A DNA stretch of 64,000 nt from Burkholderiaceae bacterium (lineage in GTDB: Bacteria > Pseudomonadota > Gammaproteobacteria > Burkholderiales > Burkholderiaceae): NCBI GenBank assembly GCA_947448415.1, contig CANFMT010000002.1, forward strand, positions 62,698 to 126,697, given 5' to 3'. Shown here in pieces: positions 39,600 through 50,392 of this stretch. The first letter of the stretch is position 1. Each line of letters starts with the position of its first letter. The translations under genes were made by a program, and so were the position numbers. A model generated the notes under the pieces. That model ran no database searches. It saw only the letters and a list, made by a program, of their open reading frames with translations, and had not been told where the DNA came from.

Positions 39600-40247
39600 A
39601 TGACAAACAATATTTCTCCTACCTCCAGTATTTCTGACTATGTGCTTGAAGCTCGTGCGCTCGCTTGTGTACGCGGAGAAAAAAGACTTTTTTCTGACCT
39701 CAATTTACGCGTAGTATCCGGAGTTTGTCTTCATATTCGCGGTGAAAATGGTGTGGGTAAAACGAGCCTACTACGCCTTCTTACTGGTCTGGCTAAACCT
39801 GATTCCGGGGAAGTCTTTTGGAGTAATCAATCCATTACTAAGGAACCACTTGTTTATCACCGAGATCTTTTGTTTTTGGGCCATAGAGACGCCCTTAAAG
39901 AAGATCTAACTGCCCTAGAGAATGTACAAATGTATGCAGCGCTTGATGATGTCGCGCTCAGTCGTGAAAAGGCATTGGCTGCTTTGTGGCGCTTTGGTTT
40001 GCGGGGGCGCGAGCACTTGCCGGTTAATTTTTTATCAGCAGGTCAAAAGAGACGTGTATTAATGGCGCGTATGCTTACTCGTGAGGCAAAGTTATGGATC
40101 TTAGATGAGCCTTTTAACGCGTTGGATGTTGGTGCTGTTCATGAGCTGCAAAATTTGATCGCCGAGCAGCTTGATCATGGGGGCTTAGTAGTATTGACAA
40201 GCCATCAAGAAGTGAGGCTCCCAAATTTACAGGTGCTCGATTTATGA
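39600..40247 (+). CDS. ccmA: Heme exporter ATPase CcmA
   Basis: GENGVGKT, LSAGQKRR, WILDEP. Confidence 0.95.
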   Translation: MTNNISPTSSISDYVLEARALACVRGEKRLFSDLNLRVVSGVCLHIRGENGVGKTSLLRLLTGLAKPDSGEVFWSNQSITKEPLVYHRDLLFLGHRDALKEDLTALENVQMYAALDDVALSREKALAALWRFGLRGREHLPVNFLSAGQKRRVLMARMLTREAKLWILDEPFNALDVGAVHELQNLIAEQLDHGGLVVLTSHQEVRLPNLQVLDL

Positions 40248-40909
40248 ACGCCTTGCTGACACTTATTCATCGAGATTTATTGTTGGTCATGCGCCGCAAA
40301 AGCGAGGTGCTGACAGCCTTATTTTTCTTCGTAGTCGTAACTAGCTTGTTCCCTCTTGGAATAGGAGCTGACGCTGCTTTATTAAGGAAGATTGCTCCAG
40401 GGGTGATCTGGGTGGCGGCCTTGCTATCAACTTTATTAGGTTTACATCGAATGTTTGCGGCAGATTATGCCGATGGATCATTAGAACAGTTGGTTTTGGC
40501 GCCTCAGCCAATGGTGTTGTTGGTCACTGGAAAAATCATTGCACATTGGGTGGTATGTGGCCTACCTCTGGTTTTATTGGCGCCGGTTATTGGGATTCAA
40601 TTTGATCTGGATTCGGGGTCTTTATATGTATTAATGGGAACCCTGTTATTGGGTACCCCGGTGTTATCGTTGCTTGGCTCGATTGGTGCAGCCCTCACCC
40701 TTGGAGTCAGGGGGAGTAGCGTCCTGATGAGCTTATTGATCTTGCCTCTCTATATCCCAGTATTGATATTTGGCGCTGGGGCTGTGTATGCCAATAGCGT
40801 TGGGCTCGATACTGTAGGGCATTTTTCATTACTAGGCGCATTATTGATTTTGGCTTTAGCATTTGTACCTTGGGTAAGTGCTGCGGCAGTAAAGATTGCG
40901 ATTGAATGA
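40244..40909 (+). CDS. ccmB: Heme exporter permease CcmB
   Basis: LFPLG, F..DY.DGSLE, LPLYIPVLIFG. Confidence 0.95.
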   Translation: MNALLTLIHRDLLLVMRRKSEVLTALFFFVVVTSLFPLGIGADAALLRKIAPGVIWVAALLSTLLGLHRMFAADYADGSLEQLVLAPQPMVLLVTGKIIAHWVVCGLPLVLLAPVIGIQFDLDSGSLYVLMGTLLLGTPVLSLLGSIGAALTLGVRGSSVLMSLLILPLYIPVLIFGAGAVYANSVGLDTVGHFSLLGALLILALAFVPWVSAAAVKIAIE

Positions 40910-41676
40910 CTGATATAAATAATTTTTCAAAAAACCGCTTGGTTAACTTGTTTAAGTTATCAAGTCCCAGCACCTTTTATCCGGTGGCGGGAAAGCTCAT
41001 TCCGGTTTTTTGGGTATTAACAGCTATTTTTGGTATTGCCGGTTTGTGGGTGAGTTTTTTTGTTGCCCCAGTAGATGCAGTGCAGGGTCAAGGTTATCGC
41101 ATCATTTTTATTCATGTACCTGCTTCATGGATGTCGATGTTCATCTATCTAGTAATGGCAGCATGGGCAGGCATAGGATTAATTTTCAATACTCGTTTGT
41201 CAGCAATGATGGCTCAAGCATTGGCTCCCGTAGGCGCATGGATGGCATTCTTATCTTTGTGGACCGGTGCGTTCTGGGGTAAGCCAATGTGGGGTGCTTG
41301 GTGGGTTTGGGATGCACGTCTTACATCTGAATTAATTTTATTGTTCTTGTATTTAGGGTTTATTGCTTTGCAGGCATCTATTGATAATCCTCGAAGGGCA
41401 GATAAAGCCGGTGCTATTTTGGCATTAGTAGGCGTAGTCAATGTACCCATTATTTATTTTTCCGTTAAATGGTGGAATACCTTGCATCAGGGTGCCTCAG
41501 TTTCTTTAACTAAAGCGCCTGCAATGGCTCAAACCATGTTTTTAGGAATGCTTCTTATGGCTTTATGTTTTTGGATGTACTCCATAGCGGTAGGCTTAAT
41601 GAGGGTTAGAACAATCATATTGGAGCGCGAGGCGCATACTGATTGGGTTGGGCAACTAATTGAGGTAAAAAATTAA
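40906..41676 (+). CDS. ccmC: Heme exporter CcmC
   Basis: HVP, WWD motif WGKPMWGAWWVWDARLT, WWNTLHQ. Confidence 0.96.
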   Translation: MTDINNFSKNRLVNLFKLSSPSTFYPVAGKLIPVFWVLTAIFGIAGLWVSFFVAPVDAVQGQGYRIIFIHVPASWMSMFIYLVMAAWAGIGLIFNTRLSAMMAQALAPVGAWMAFLSLWTGAFWGKPMWGAWWVWDARLTSELILLFLYLGFIALQASIDNPRRADKAGAILALVGVVNVPIIYFSVKWWNTLHQGASVSLTKAPAMAQTMFLGMLLMALCFWMYSIAVGLMRVRTIILEREAHTDWVGQLIEVKN

Positions 41677-41864
41677 TGTGGAATAGCCCTTCTGAATTTT
41701 TCGCTATGGGCGGTTATGCGCTGTATGTGTGGAGTAGCTTTGGCGTTTGCGCTTTAGTAATCCTCATTGAGCCTTTGGCAATTCGCATGCGCTATAAAGC
41801 GGTTTTACATAGGCTAAAGCAAGAGTGTTTAGCCAAAGAGTTTGATAAAAAGGGTGGCAATTGA
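41676..41864 (+). CDS. ccmD: Heme exporter protein CcmD
   Basis: [16 protein letters not shown]. Sits between ccmC and ccmE. Confidence 0.93.
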   Translation: MWNSPSEFFAMGGYALYVWSSFGVCALVILIEPLAIRMRYKAVLHRLKQECLAKEFDKKGGN

Positions 41865-42295
41865 AGCCTAGATATAAACGTGCAATTCTGATTGTTGCGG
41901 CACTAGCGGTGATTGGGGTTGCTGCACTTCTAATTTTGAATGCGCTCAATAGTAATATTGCCTTGTACGTTACTCCTAGCGAGGTGGCGGCAGGAAAGGC
42001 TCCAAGCGGTCAAGCTTTTCGAATTGGCGGCATGGTAAAAGATGGGTCTTTAAAACGGGATGGACTTACAGTGCACTTTGTTATTACTGATTTAGTGAAA
42101 GATATCCCGGTTTCCTATACAGGCATTCTTCCTGACTTATTTAAAGAAGGCAAAGGCGCGGTGATTCAAGGACGCCTTAATGTAGATGGTGACTTTGTTG
42201 CGAGCGAAGTATTGGCTAAGCACGATGAAAACTATATGCCACCAGAGGCAAAGCATGCCTTAGATCAAGCCCAAAAAAATGGAAGTGCTAAATGA
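41861..42295 (+). CDS. ccmE: Heme chaperone CcmE
   Basis: [16 protein letters not shown]. Confidence 0.96.
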   Translation: MKPRYKRAILIVAALAVIGVAALLILNALNSNIALYVTPSEVAAGKAPSGQAFRIGGMVKDGSLKRDGLTVHFVITDLVKDIPVSYTGILPDLFKEGKGAVIQGRLNVDGDFVASEVLAKHDENYMPPEAKHALDQAQKNGSAK

Positions 42296-44211
42296 TTCCT
42301 GAGTTTGGGCATTACGCATTAATTCTTGCGCTTTGTGTTGCTTGTATTCAAGGCGTACTTCCCTTAATTGGTGCGCATCAGGGTCGTCGTGAATGGTTGA
42401 TGTTGGCTAGGCCAGCCGCCCAAACTGTTTTCCTGCTGCTAGCAATCGCTTTTGGAATTCTCGCCTGGAGTTTTTACGTTAATGACTTTTCAGTAATGTA
42501 TGTAGCCGAGCATTCTAATTCGCAGCTTCCAATAGTTTATCGATTAGGTGCCGTTTGGGGTGGGCATGAAGGATCTTTATTGCTGTGGATTTTCTTGTTG
42601 AGTACTTGGACCATATTGGTGGCTCAATTATCTAAGGCCTTGGATGAGTTCATGGTGGCGCGAGTCATTGGTGTTCTGGGTTTAGTCACAAGCGGACTCT
42701 TACTGTTTGTTCTGACTACTTCTAATCCTTTTACGCGTCTCTTGCCTGCTGCGCAAGATGGCCGCTCTTTAAATCCGCTCTTGCAGGATCCTGGTTTGGT
42801 ATTTCATCCGCCGATGTTATACATGGGTTATGTTGGTTTTTCTGTGGCGTTTGCTTTTGCCATTGCCTCTCTTTTATCGGGAAGGCTTGATGCTGCTTGG
42901 GCGCGTTGGTCTCGTCCTTGGACTACAGCGGCTTGGGTATTCCTGACGCTTGGTATAGCTCTAGGTTCCTGGTGGGCTTATTACGAATTGGGTTGGGGCG
43001 GCTGGTGGTTCTGGGATCCTGTTGAGAATGCCTCTTTTATTCCCTGGTTAGTTGGCACTGCGTTGTTGCACTCATTAGCAGTTACAGAAAAACGCGGCGG
43101 CTTCAAAAGCTGGACCGTACTGCTTGCTATTACTGCCTTCTCACTATCTTTATTGGGAACCTTCTTGGTTCGCTCTGGTGTACTGACTTCTGTGCATGCT
43201 TTTGCGACAGATCCAAGGCGCGGTATTTTTATCCTGATTTTCTTGGCTCTTGTAGTGGGAACTTCCTTGGTCCTCTATGCATGGCGTGCTCCAAAAAGTA
43301 CCTTAGGTGGGAAATTTAGCTTGAGCTCAAGAGAAACTTTTATTTTGCTTGGCAATGTATTTTTAGTTGTATCTGCCGGCTCAGTATTACTAGGGACGCT
43401 TTATCCATTACTGATTGACGCTTTGCATCTGGGCAAGATTTCTGTAGGTCCTCCTTACTTTAATAGTGTGTTCGTACCCATCATGGTTCCTTTACTGGTA
43501 TTGATGGGAGTTGGTCCTTGGACTAGCTGGAAAAATACAGACCTAGTTACTGTTATTAAGCGCTTATGGCTAGCTGGTTTGGTGGCTGTGATTGCGGGAG
43601 TTGCTATACCGCTCATCATGGGTCAATTTACTTGGTTAGCTGGCCTTGGATTTTTATTAGCTTTCTGGGTAATTGCATCCGGCTGTTTGCAGGTCATTCG
43701 TCAAGCAAAAGCAGGCAAGCCTACTCGCTCATTTATTGGCATGCAGGTAGCTCATCTTGGAATTGCGGTATTTGTCATCGGCGTAACTATGGTGGGCGCT
43801 TATCAAGAAGAGAAGGACGTGCGCATGTCGGCTGGCGACACAGTCTCTGTAGGTGGATATCAAATTCAGTTGAAAAACGTTGCTGATGTTCCGGGTCCCA
43901 ATTACACCGCAATGCGTGGCACTTTCTTGTTGATGAAGAACGCCAATGTAGAAGCTACTTTATATCCCGAGAAACGCAGCTATTTCTCATCCACTATGCC
44001 TATGACTGAGGCAGCAATTGATGCTGGTCTTACTCGTGATATCTACGTCTCCCTTGGGGAGGAGTTGAATGACAAGTCTTGGGCGGTGCGCGTCTATTAC
44101 AAGCCATTCGTAGATTGGATCTGGGGTGGTTGCTTGCTCATGGCCCTTGGCGGCATATTGGCGATTTCAGATAAGCGCTATCGCATGAAATTAAAAAGAC
44201 ATATCTCATGA
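42292..44211 (+). CDS. ccmF: Cytochrome c heme lyase CcmF
   Basis: [30 protein letters not shown]. Confidence 0.97.
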   Translation: MIPEFGHYALILALCVACIQGVLPLIGAHQGRREWLMLARPAAQTVFLLLAIAFGILAWSFYVNDFSVMYVAEHSNSQLPIVYRLGAVWGGHEGSLLLWIFLLSTWTILVAQLSKALDEFMVARVIGVLGLVTSGLLLFVLTTSNPFTRLLPAAQDGRSLNPLLQDPGLVFHPPMLYMGYVGFSVAFAFAIASLLSGRLDAAWARWSRPWTTAAWVFLTLGIALGSWWAYYELGWGGWWFWDPVENASFIPWLVGTALLHSLAVTEKRGGFKSWTVLLAITAFSLSLLGTFLVRSGVLTSVHAFATDPRRGIFILIFLALVVGTSLVLYAWRAPKSTLGGKFSLSSRETFILLGNVFLVVSAGSVLLGTLYPLLIDALHLGKISVGPPYFNSVFVPIMVPLLVLMGVGPWTSWKNTDLVTVIKRLWLAGLVAVIAGVAIPLIMGQFTWLAGLGFLLAFWVIASGCLQVIRQAKAGKPTRSFIGMQVAHLGIAVFVIGVTMVGAYQEEKDVRMSAGDTVSVGGYQIQLKNVADVPGPNYTAMRGTFLLMKNANVEATLYPEKRSYFSSTMPMTEAAIDAGLTRDIYVSLGEELNDKSWAVRVYYKPFVDWIWGGCLLMALGGILAISDKRYRMKLKRHIS

Positions 44212-44735
44212 AGGCCAAATTTTTAATCCCTTTAATTCTTTTTGTGGTTCTGATTGTCTTTTTGGCAATCGGACTCAATAGAGATCCACATGAGGTGCCA
44301 TCCCCTTTAATTAATAAGCCAGCACCTGCTTTTGAAGTGCCTCAATTAGCCGACCCTACTAAAAGCTTCTCACCGGCTAGCATGAAGGGCCAAGTTTGGA
44401 TTTTGAATGTATGGGCTTCTTGGTGTGTTGCATGCCGAGAGGAACACCCTGTTTTAGTGGAGCTTGCTAAATCCCAGGTCGCCCCTGTAGTTGGCTTGGA
44501 CTATAAAGATAAGCGCGAAGATGCGATGGCGATGCTGGCAAAACAAGGCAATCCCTATTTATTGTCAGTCTTTGATGCCAATGGTCGTGTAGGAATTGAT
44601 TATGGTGTTTATGGTGTGCCCGAGACTTATGTTATCGATAAAGAGGGCGTTATTCGTTTTAAACATATTGGCCCCCTAACGATTGATATCTTGAATCAAA
44701 AGATTTTTCCTTTGATTAGTGAGCTTAAAAAATGA
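44208..44735 (+). CDS. ccmG: Thiol:disulfide interchange protein CcmG/DsbE
   Basis: WASWCVAC, GVYGVPETY. Confidence 0.95.
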   Translation: MKAKFLIPLILFVVLIVFLAIGLNRDPHEVPSPLINKPAPAFEVPQLADPTKSFSPASMKGQVWILNVWASWCVACREEHPVLVELAKSQVAPVVGLDYKDKREDAMAMLAKQGNPYLLSVFDANGRVGIDYGVYGVPETYVIDKEGVIRFKHIGPLTIDILNQKIFPLISELKK

Positions 44736-45214
44736 TCAAGCGATTATTGTTCATTACGCTCTGTGCTTTAAGTCTTAATATTTCTTTTGCTAAAGACGCT
44801 GCGCCATTAGCAGATGATCCGCTGACTGAGCAACGACTTATTAGTATTTCTGAAGAAATGCGCTGTTTAGTCTGTCAAAACGAGTCGCTTGCTGGTTCTC
44901 GCTCTGACTTAGCAAATGATTTACGTCGCGAAATTCGTATTCTCATTAAAGAGGGTAAAAGCGACGATCAAATCAGAACATTTATGGTTGAGCGCTATGG
45001 CGATTTTGTTTTGTATCGCCCACCTGTTAAGCCCATCACATGGTTACTCTGGATTGGACCCTTTGTTATTTTGCTTATTGGTATAGCGGTTCTTCTGTCT
45101 TATTTGCGCAGAAGAAATAGTAGCCTACCAAGTACCGTTCTATCAGATGCGGACAATCAAAAAATCGACACTTTGCTAAGAAATATCGGCAAAGAAGATA
45201 AGGGCGCTCAATGA
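44732..45214 (+). CDS. ccmH: Cytochrome c biogenesis protein CcmH
   Basis: MRCLVCQNES, RYGDFVLY.PP. Confidence 0.95.
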   Translation: MIKRLLFITLCALSLNISFAKDAAPLADDPLTEQRLISISEEMRCLVCQNESLAGSRSDLANDLRREIRILIKEGKSDDQIRTFMVERYGDFVLYRPPVKPITWLLWIGPFVILLIGIAVLLSYLRRRNSSLPSTVLSDADNQKIDTLLRNIGKEDKGAQ

Positions 45215-46401
45215 TAAGTTTTCTCATCCCTGCATTTCTCTTGCTGGCTTTAGTTTTGGTGCTTTTACTGCGCCCCTTTATTTTTCCGGGGCATGTCAAA
45301 GTTACCTCTCGTCGCCAAATGAATGCAGAGATTTATCGTGAAGAATTGGATAAATTGGAGGCCGAGCGTGCAAGCGGCGTAATCAACTCAGCTGATTATG
45401 AAATTTCGCATGCAGAAATGCGCCAACGTTTGTTTCAAGACACTAGCGAAGAGGACGATCGCTCGGTAATGGGCTCAGGCAAGAAGACGGTTATTGGTCT
45501 TTGCATCTTCATTACCGTTCTATCTTCTGGTTTATATTTTTATTTGGGTGATGCCACACGCATTACCGAACAAAATGCAGTGCAGCCGCTGACCCGAGAA
45601 GGTGTTGAGAAAATGGTTGCAGAATTTGCGGCCAAGATGAAGGAGGATCCAAGCAATCTCAAAGGTTGGGCTATGTTAGCCCGTTCATATCGTATTTTGG
45701 GCCTTAATCAAGAAGCTGCTGTTGCGTATGCTCGTGCAGGTGATTTTATTGATTCTGATCCCCAGTTATTAGCTGACTATGCAGATGCACTTGCGACTAA
45801 TGCTCGTGGTAATTTTGTTGGCAAGCCCACTGAACTTATTAATAAAGCTTTGAAGTTAGACCCAAATAACTTGATGGCACTCTGGTTATCCGGAACAGCA
45901 TCTTATGACTCTGGCAATTACAAGTTAGCAGTGCGAACCTGGGAAAAGCTCGCTCAGCAAATCCCTCCGGGCACGGAAGAGGCGAAATCAATTGAGGCTT
46001 CAATTACTGAAGCACGTTCTAAGGCAGGGCTTCCATCGGCAGCTCCAGCTGTTATGAGTGATAAAGTAATTAGCGGCACAATCGAAATTTCTGCAGATAT
46101 GAAGGCAAAATTAAAAGCTGGAGATGTTGTGATGGTGATTGCTCGTCAACCTGGCGAGCGTATGCCTGTTGCAGTACTTAAGACTGCTGTGACGGACTTC
46201 CCGATAGGTTTTACATTAAATGATGCCTTGGCTATGAATCCAAACATGCCATTGTCCAAATTATCTGAGGCATCTATTGAGGTGAGAATTTCAAAAACTG
46301 GCATGGCTAAACCTGAGGCTGGCGATTTATTTTCTAATTCGCAAACAGTCAAAGTTGGATCAAAAAATATCCGACTATTGGTTGATCAGGTGCGCCAATA
46401 A
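45211..46401 (+). CDS. ccmI: Cytochrome c biogenesis TPR protein CcmI/CycH
   Basis: N-terminal TM with N..IY...L.E, TPR repeats (GWAMLARSY), C-terminal Ig-like domain. Confidence 0.9.
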   Translation: MISFLIPAFLLLALVLVLLLRPFIFPGHVKVTSRRQMNAEIYREELDKLEAERASGVINSADYEISHAEMRQRLFQDTSEEDDRSVMGSGKKTVIGLCIFITVLSSGLYFYLGDATRITEQNAVQPLTREGVEKMVAEFAAKMKEDPSNLKGWAMLARSYRILGLNQEAAVAYARAGDFIDSDPQLLADYADALATNARGNFVGKPTELINKALKLDPNNLMALWLSGTASYDSGNYKLAVRTWEKLAQQIPPGTEEAKSIEASITEARSKAGLPSAAPAVMSDKVISGTIEISADMKAKLKAGDVVMVIARQPGERMPVAVLKTAVTDFPIGFTLNDALAMNPNMPLSKLSEASIEVRISKTGMAKPEAGDLFSNSQTVKVGSKNIRLLVDQVRQ

Positions 46402-46415
46402 GTGGTAGGAAGTCT

Positions 46416-47177
46416 CTAGCCCCTGCCCACGAAGGGCATATTAGTTGCCATGATGGTCATCGAGAGTATGTTGCTCTCTAGGGGGAGCTGGGCCATATGC
46501 AGCACAGCCTCCCCAACATGATTGACATCCATGCGGGGCTCAGCCTTAATAGATTGATCTGCTTGCATAATGCCCGCAGCCATGCGCTCAGTCATCTCAG
46601 TAGCGGCATTACCAATATCAATCTGACCGCAGGCGATATTGAATGGGCGCCCATCTAATGCAATAGTCTTCGTTAGTCCGCTGATCGCATGTTTGGTAGC
46701 CGTGTAGGGCGCCGACATTGGTCTTGGAGCATGCGCTGATATAGAGCCATTATTAATAATGCGCCCGCCCTGGGGTGATTGTGCCTTCATCATCCTAATT
46801 GCCTCTTGCGAGCAAAGAAATGCTCCACACAAATTGGTATTAACAACATTCATCCATTGCTCATAAGTCAGGTCTTCCATGGGAATTGCTGGTGCACCCA
46901 TGCCTGCGTTATTGAATAAGACATCTATTCGTCCAAACCTTGCTTTGACTTCAGAGAATAGTTTTTTGACATCCTCTGGTTTTCCAACATCACATGCAAT
47001 GGCTAAGCAGTGACTTTCATTGCCCCCAATATCGATGATTGCTTGTTTTAGGCGATCAAGATTGCGTCCGGTTAAAACGACTCGATAACCACCTTTTAGC
47101 AGTGATTTGGCGGCTGCCTTACCGATTCCAGTTCCAGCACCTGTAACTAGGGCAACTTTTAATTTAATAGCATCCAT
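46416..47177 (-). CDS. SDR-family oxidoreductase
   Basis: [25 protein letters not shown]. Confidence 0.92.
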   Translation of the reverse strand: MDAIKLKVALVTGAGTGIGKAAAKSLLKGGYRVVLTGRNLDRLKQAIIDIGGNESHCLAIACDVGKPEDVKKLFSEVKARFGRIDVLFNNAGMGAPAIPMEDLTYEQWMNVVNTNLCGAFLCSQEAIRMMKAQSPQGGRIINNGSISAHAPRPMSAPYTATKHAISGLTKTIALDGRPFNIACGQIDIGNAATEMTERMAAGIMQADQSIKAEPRMDVNHVGEAVLHMAQLPLESNILSMTIMATNMPFVGRG

Positions 47178-47303
47178 GATTGGTTTGATTGGGTCAGAAT
47201 ACCCCAATCTTATCTCGAATTATTTGGCCCAGTTTCAACCCTTTGCCTATTATCGGCATCGGGGCATAATGCAAAAACTAGATTCTGAATACTTGAGGCT
47301 TTA

Positions 47304-48605
47304 ATGAATTCCATCAAACGACAAATTTATAACCCTCTAGCCATTTTGGCTGCCTTCTTTGTGGCTTTAATTATCCTGTTTGGGGTTTTATGGGTGCTGA
47401 TTCCGCCCCCACCCAAAGTGATAGAGATGGCTACGGGATTTCCGACAGGTCTTTACTATCAGTTTGGTGAGCGCCTGAAGTCTGAGCTTGCGCATGATGG
47501 CGTCAAGTTAGAGCTTAAGACTACGGGAGGTACGGTTGATAATCTCGCCCTATTGAGTGATCCAAAGTCTGGTATCGAGTTTGGTATGGTTCAAGGGGGC
47601 GTTGCAGATATTAATAAGTACCCCAATCTAGTTTCATTGGCGGGAATGTTCTATGAGCCAATTTGGGTCTGGTATCGAGAGAGCGCCTTTAAAAATGAAG
47701 GCGGACAATTACGAGTTCTGGGTCAGTTAAAAGGTAAGCGAGTATCTATTGGTAACGAAGGTAGCGGTACATTGGCTCTTAGTCAGGCGCTTTTAAAAGC
47801 AAGCGATATTTCTGAGAATGAAATCTATACCCAGAAATTAAAACCAGATGATGCTATCGCAAAATTTAGTAGTGGTGAGTTAGATGCTATTTTTATAGTC
47901 GCTGCTGCTGAGGCGCCTGTCTTGAAAAAATTCTACGCAATTCCTGGAATTCGTTTAATGAACTTTGAGCAAGCTGATGCTTTTACCCGCAATCTTCCTT
48001 ATCTCTCCAAAGTGATGGTTCCTAGAGGCCTCTTAAGTATTGCCTATGACTTACCACGTCAAGATATTCAGGTGATTGCACCTACTGCTACTTTAGTTGC
48101 CAAAGAGGACATTAGTCCTGCGCTCGTCTCTTTACTATTGGGCGCCTCATACGATATCTTGAAGTCCTATTCACGCTTACAAAAATCAGGAGAGTTTCCT
48201 TCTGCGGCTGGTTTAGATTTTCCATTACATGTTGATGCAGAAATTTATCTGAAGGATGGGCCGTCCTTCCTGCATCGTCATCTACCATTCTGGACAGCCG
48301 TTTGGGTCGGTCGTTTTGTAAAAATTGTTATTCCTTTATTAGTAATTCTCATTCCTTTATTTACTTACGTTCCCTCTACTAAGAATTTTTTATTGAGACT
48401 AAAGCTTGCGCAAGTATATGAAGAGCTAAAGATTATTGAAAAGAATGCGCTTAACCCTGATTTGAAAGAAAAGAACTTTAGAGATTTAGAGCAGATTGAG
48501 AAGCGAGTGGACAACATTAAAGTCTCCATGCTCGACGCAAAAGAGTTATATGATCTCAAAGGACATGTAGGGGATGTGCGAGCACGCTTAAATTTAAATC
48601 GGTAG
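47304..48605 (+). CDS. TAXI-family solute-binding protein with N- and C-terminal TM anchors
   Basis: MATG..TGLYY, TGGTVDN, VQGG, FYEP, IG.EGSGT. Extra TM at residues ~335-357 followed by a helical tail. Confidence 0.8.
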   Translation: MNSIKRQIYNPLAILAAFFVALIILFGVLWVLIPPPPKVIEMATGFPTGLYYQFGERLKSELAHDGVKLELKTTGGTVDNLALLSDPKSGIEFGMVQGGVADINKYPNLVSLAGMFYEPIWVWYRESAFKNEGGQLRVLGQLKGKRVSIGNEGSGTLALSQALLKASDISENEIYTQKLKPDDAIAKFSSGELDAIFIVAAAEAPVLKKFYAIPGIRLMNFEQADAFTRNLPYLSKVMVPRGLLSIAYDLPRQDIQVIAPTATLVAKEDISPALVSLLLGASYDILKSYSRLQKSGEFPSAAGLDFPLHVDAEIYLKDGPSFLHRHLPFWTAVWVGRFVKIVIPLLVILIPLFTYVPSTKNFLLRLKLAQVYEELKIIEKNALNPDLKEKNFRDLEQIEKRVDNIKVSMLDAKELYDLKGHVGDVRARLNLNR

Positions 48606-48632
48606 GATTGATTGGGTAGGGAGACAAAAAAT

Positions 48633-49607
48633 ATGAAGCTAAATAAAAAAATTAGTAGTGCCTTAATTGTTGTGCTAGGGGCTTTTTCTTCTTTTGTGGT
48701 GTATGCGCAAGCTTATCCAAGCAAGCCGATTTCATTAGTTGTACCCCAGACTGCGGGCGGAACTAATGACATCGTTGCGCGCCTGATTGCTCCTGCTTAT
48801 GGTGAGGCCCTTGGCACATCAATCGTAGTGGAAAATAAGCCTGGCGCCGGAGGCAATATTGGCACCCAAGGAGTTGCGCGTTCGCCTAAAGATGGGTACA
48901 CCTTGCTCTTGACTATCAATAGTGCACAAGCAATCAACCCTTACTTGTATAAGAATCCTGGTTTTGATCCGGTAAATGATTTTGTGCCGCTGTATTACAT
49001 TGGGGCTACGCCATATGTTTTGGTATCACCCCCTGGATCACCATATAAAACATTAGCTGATGTCATTGCTGCTGCTAAAAAGAAGCCTGGAGAATTGGCT
49101 TATGCATCTGCAGGTAATGGCACTATCAGTCATTTGCTGGGTGCAATGCTTAATACTAGTGCTGGTGTTGAGATGCAGCACATTCCATATAAGGGGGTTG
49201 CACCAGCAATCAATGATGTGTTGGGCGGTCAAGTGCCGTTGGCATTTGCGAGTCTGCCTTCGGCCTTAAATTACATTAAAGCCGGCAAGTTGCAGGCAAT
49301 TGCTATTAGCTCAGCTAAGCGCTCAAGTGCTGCTCCTGAAATTCCTACAATCGCCGAGACCTACGCGGATTGTGTGGGTGAGGTTTGGGTTGCCATTTTT
49401 GCTCCCATTGGCGTAAGTGCAGATGTGGTGAAGAAAAATCAGATAGCAATGGATAAAGTGATGGCAAGAGCCGATGTGCGTGAAAAGCTTACTGCGCAGG
49501 GTTTAGATCTCGCTCCAGTTCCGCCGGCTAGGCTCGGCACACTGCTTAAGGAGGAATTGGCTAAATGGGCAAAAATTGTTAAGGCATCCGGGGCTCAACT
49601 CGACTAG
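48633..49607 (+). CDS. Bug/TctC-family solute receptor
   Basis: AGGTND, ENKPGAGG, YASAGNG, HIPYKG. Confidence 0.93.
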   Translation: MKLNKKISSALIVVLGAFSSFVVYAQAYPSKPISLVVPQTAGGTNDIVARLIAPAYGEALGTSIVVENKPGAGGNIGTQGVARSPKDGYTLLLTINSAQAINPYLYKNPGFDPVNDFVPLYYIGATPYVLVSPPGSPYKTLADVIAAAKKKPGELAYASAGNGTISHLLGAMLNTSAGVEMQHIPYKGVAPAINDVLGGQVPLAFASLPSALNYIKAGKLQAIAISSAKRSSAAPEIPTIAETYADCVGEVWVAIFAPIGVSADVVKKNQIAMDKVMARADVREKLTAQGLDLAPVPPARLGTLLKEELAKWAKIVKASGAQLD

Positions 49608-49622
49608 CTCTAAAATAAAGCT

Positions 49623-50378
49623 ATGACTACCGCCAATCTCGCGCCACCCCTTACGCCCGCTAAAGATCTTGGTAATGCTTTGCGTAGCAATGGCTACGTA
49701 ATAGCTTCGGCGGAAACGGTTGCTGAAATCAGCAAAGTTTCGCTTGCGAGGCTTAATGGTTTGACGCAGTTTTGGGAAGGGTTGCCGCGGGATCCATATT
49801 TGAAGGATGGTGGCCGTTATCGTTTTCGCCGTCATGCTAGTTATGAAATCAAGGGTGATCATCTTAATTTAGTTCCCCATCGCGCGCATTGGCAGTCGGT
49901 GAACTACAACGCATTACATGGCGGTATTGAGCGTTGGTTTGAGCCAGTGCAAGATCAGCTGCTAAATGATCCATCATGGCAGGCAGTATTGTTAGGGCTT
50001 GCTCATGTATTCAGTGGATTAAAGGCGGCAAATACTTGGTTTGTGGAAGCGCATCAATTTCGGATTGATACTACTGATGGTATTGGTCGGCCAACCCCTG
50101 AGGGTGCGCATCGTGATGGTGTGGATTTCGTGGCAGTCTTCTTGTTGGATCGAGTTGGCGTGAAGGGTGGAGAAACCAGAATTTTTGAGGCTGGAGGTTC
50201 AGCAGGATTACGTTTCACCTTAGCTCAGTCTTGGTCGGTGCTGATCATGAATGATGAGCGCATGATCCATGAGTCAACACCTATTCAGCCTCTTGGAGAC
50301 TATGGATATCGCGATACATTAGTTCTTACCTATAGATCTAATGGATTCCAGGACTCTCCACAACGTAGTCAACAATAA
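49623..50378 (+). CDS. 2OG-Fe(II) dioxygenase (2OG-Fe_Oxy_2 type)
   Basis: D.Y...GGRYR.RR, HQFRI, PEG.HRDG, IHES, RDT. Confidence 0.85.
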   Translation: MTTANLAPPLTPAKDLGNALRSNGYVIASAETVAEISKVSLARLNGLTQFWEGLPRDPYLKDGGRYRFRRHASYEIKGDHLNLVPHRAHWQSVNYNALHGGIERWFEPVQDQLLNDPSWQAVLLGLAHVFSGLKAANTWFVEAHQFRIDTTDGIGRPTPEGAHRDGVDFVAVFLLDRVGVKGGETRIFEAGGSAGLRFTLAQSWSVLIMNDERMIHESTPIQPLGDYGYRDTLVLTYRSNGFQDSPQRSQQ

Positions 50379-50392
50379 AGCTCATTAAATAC

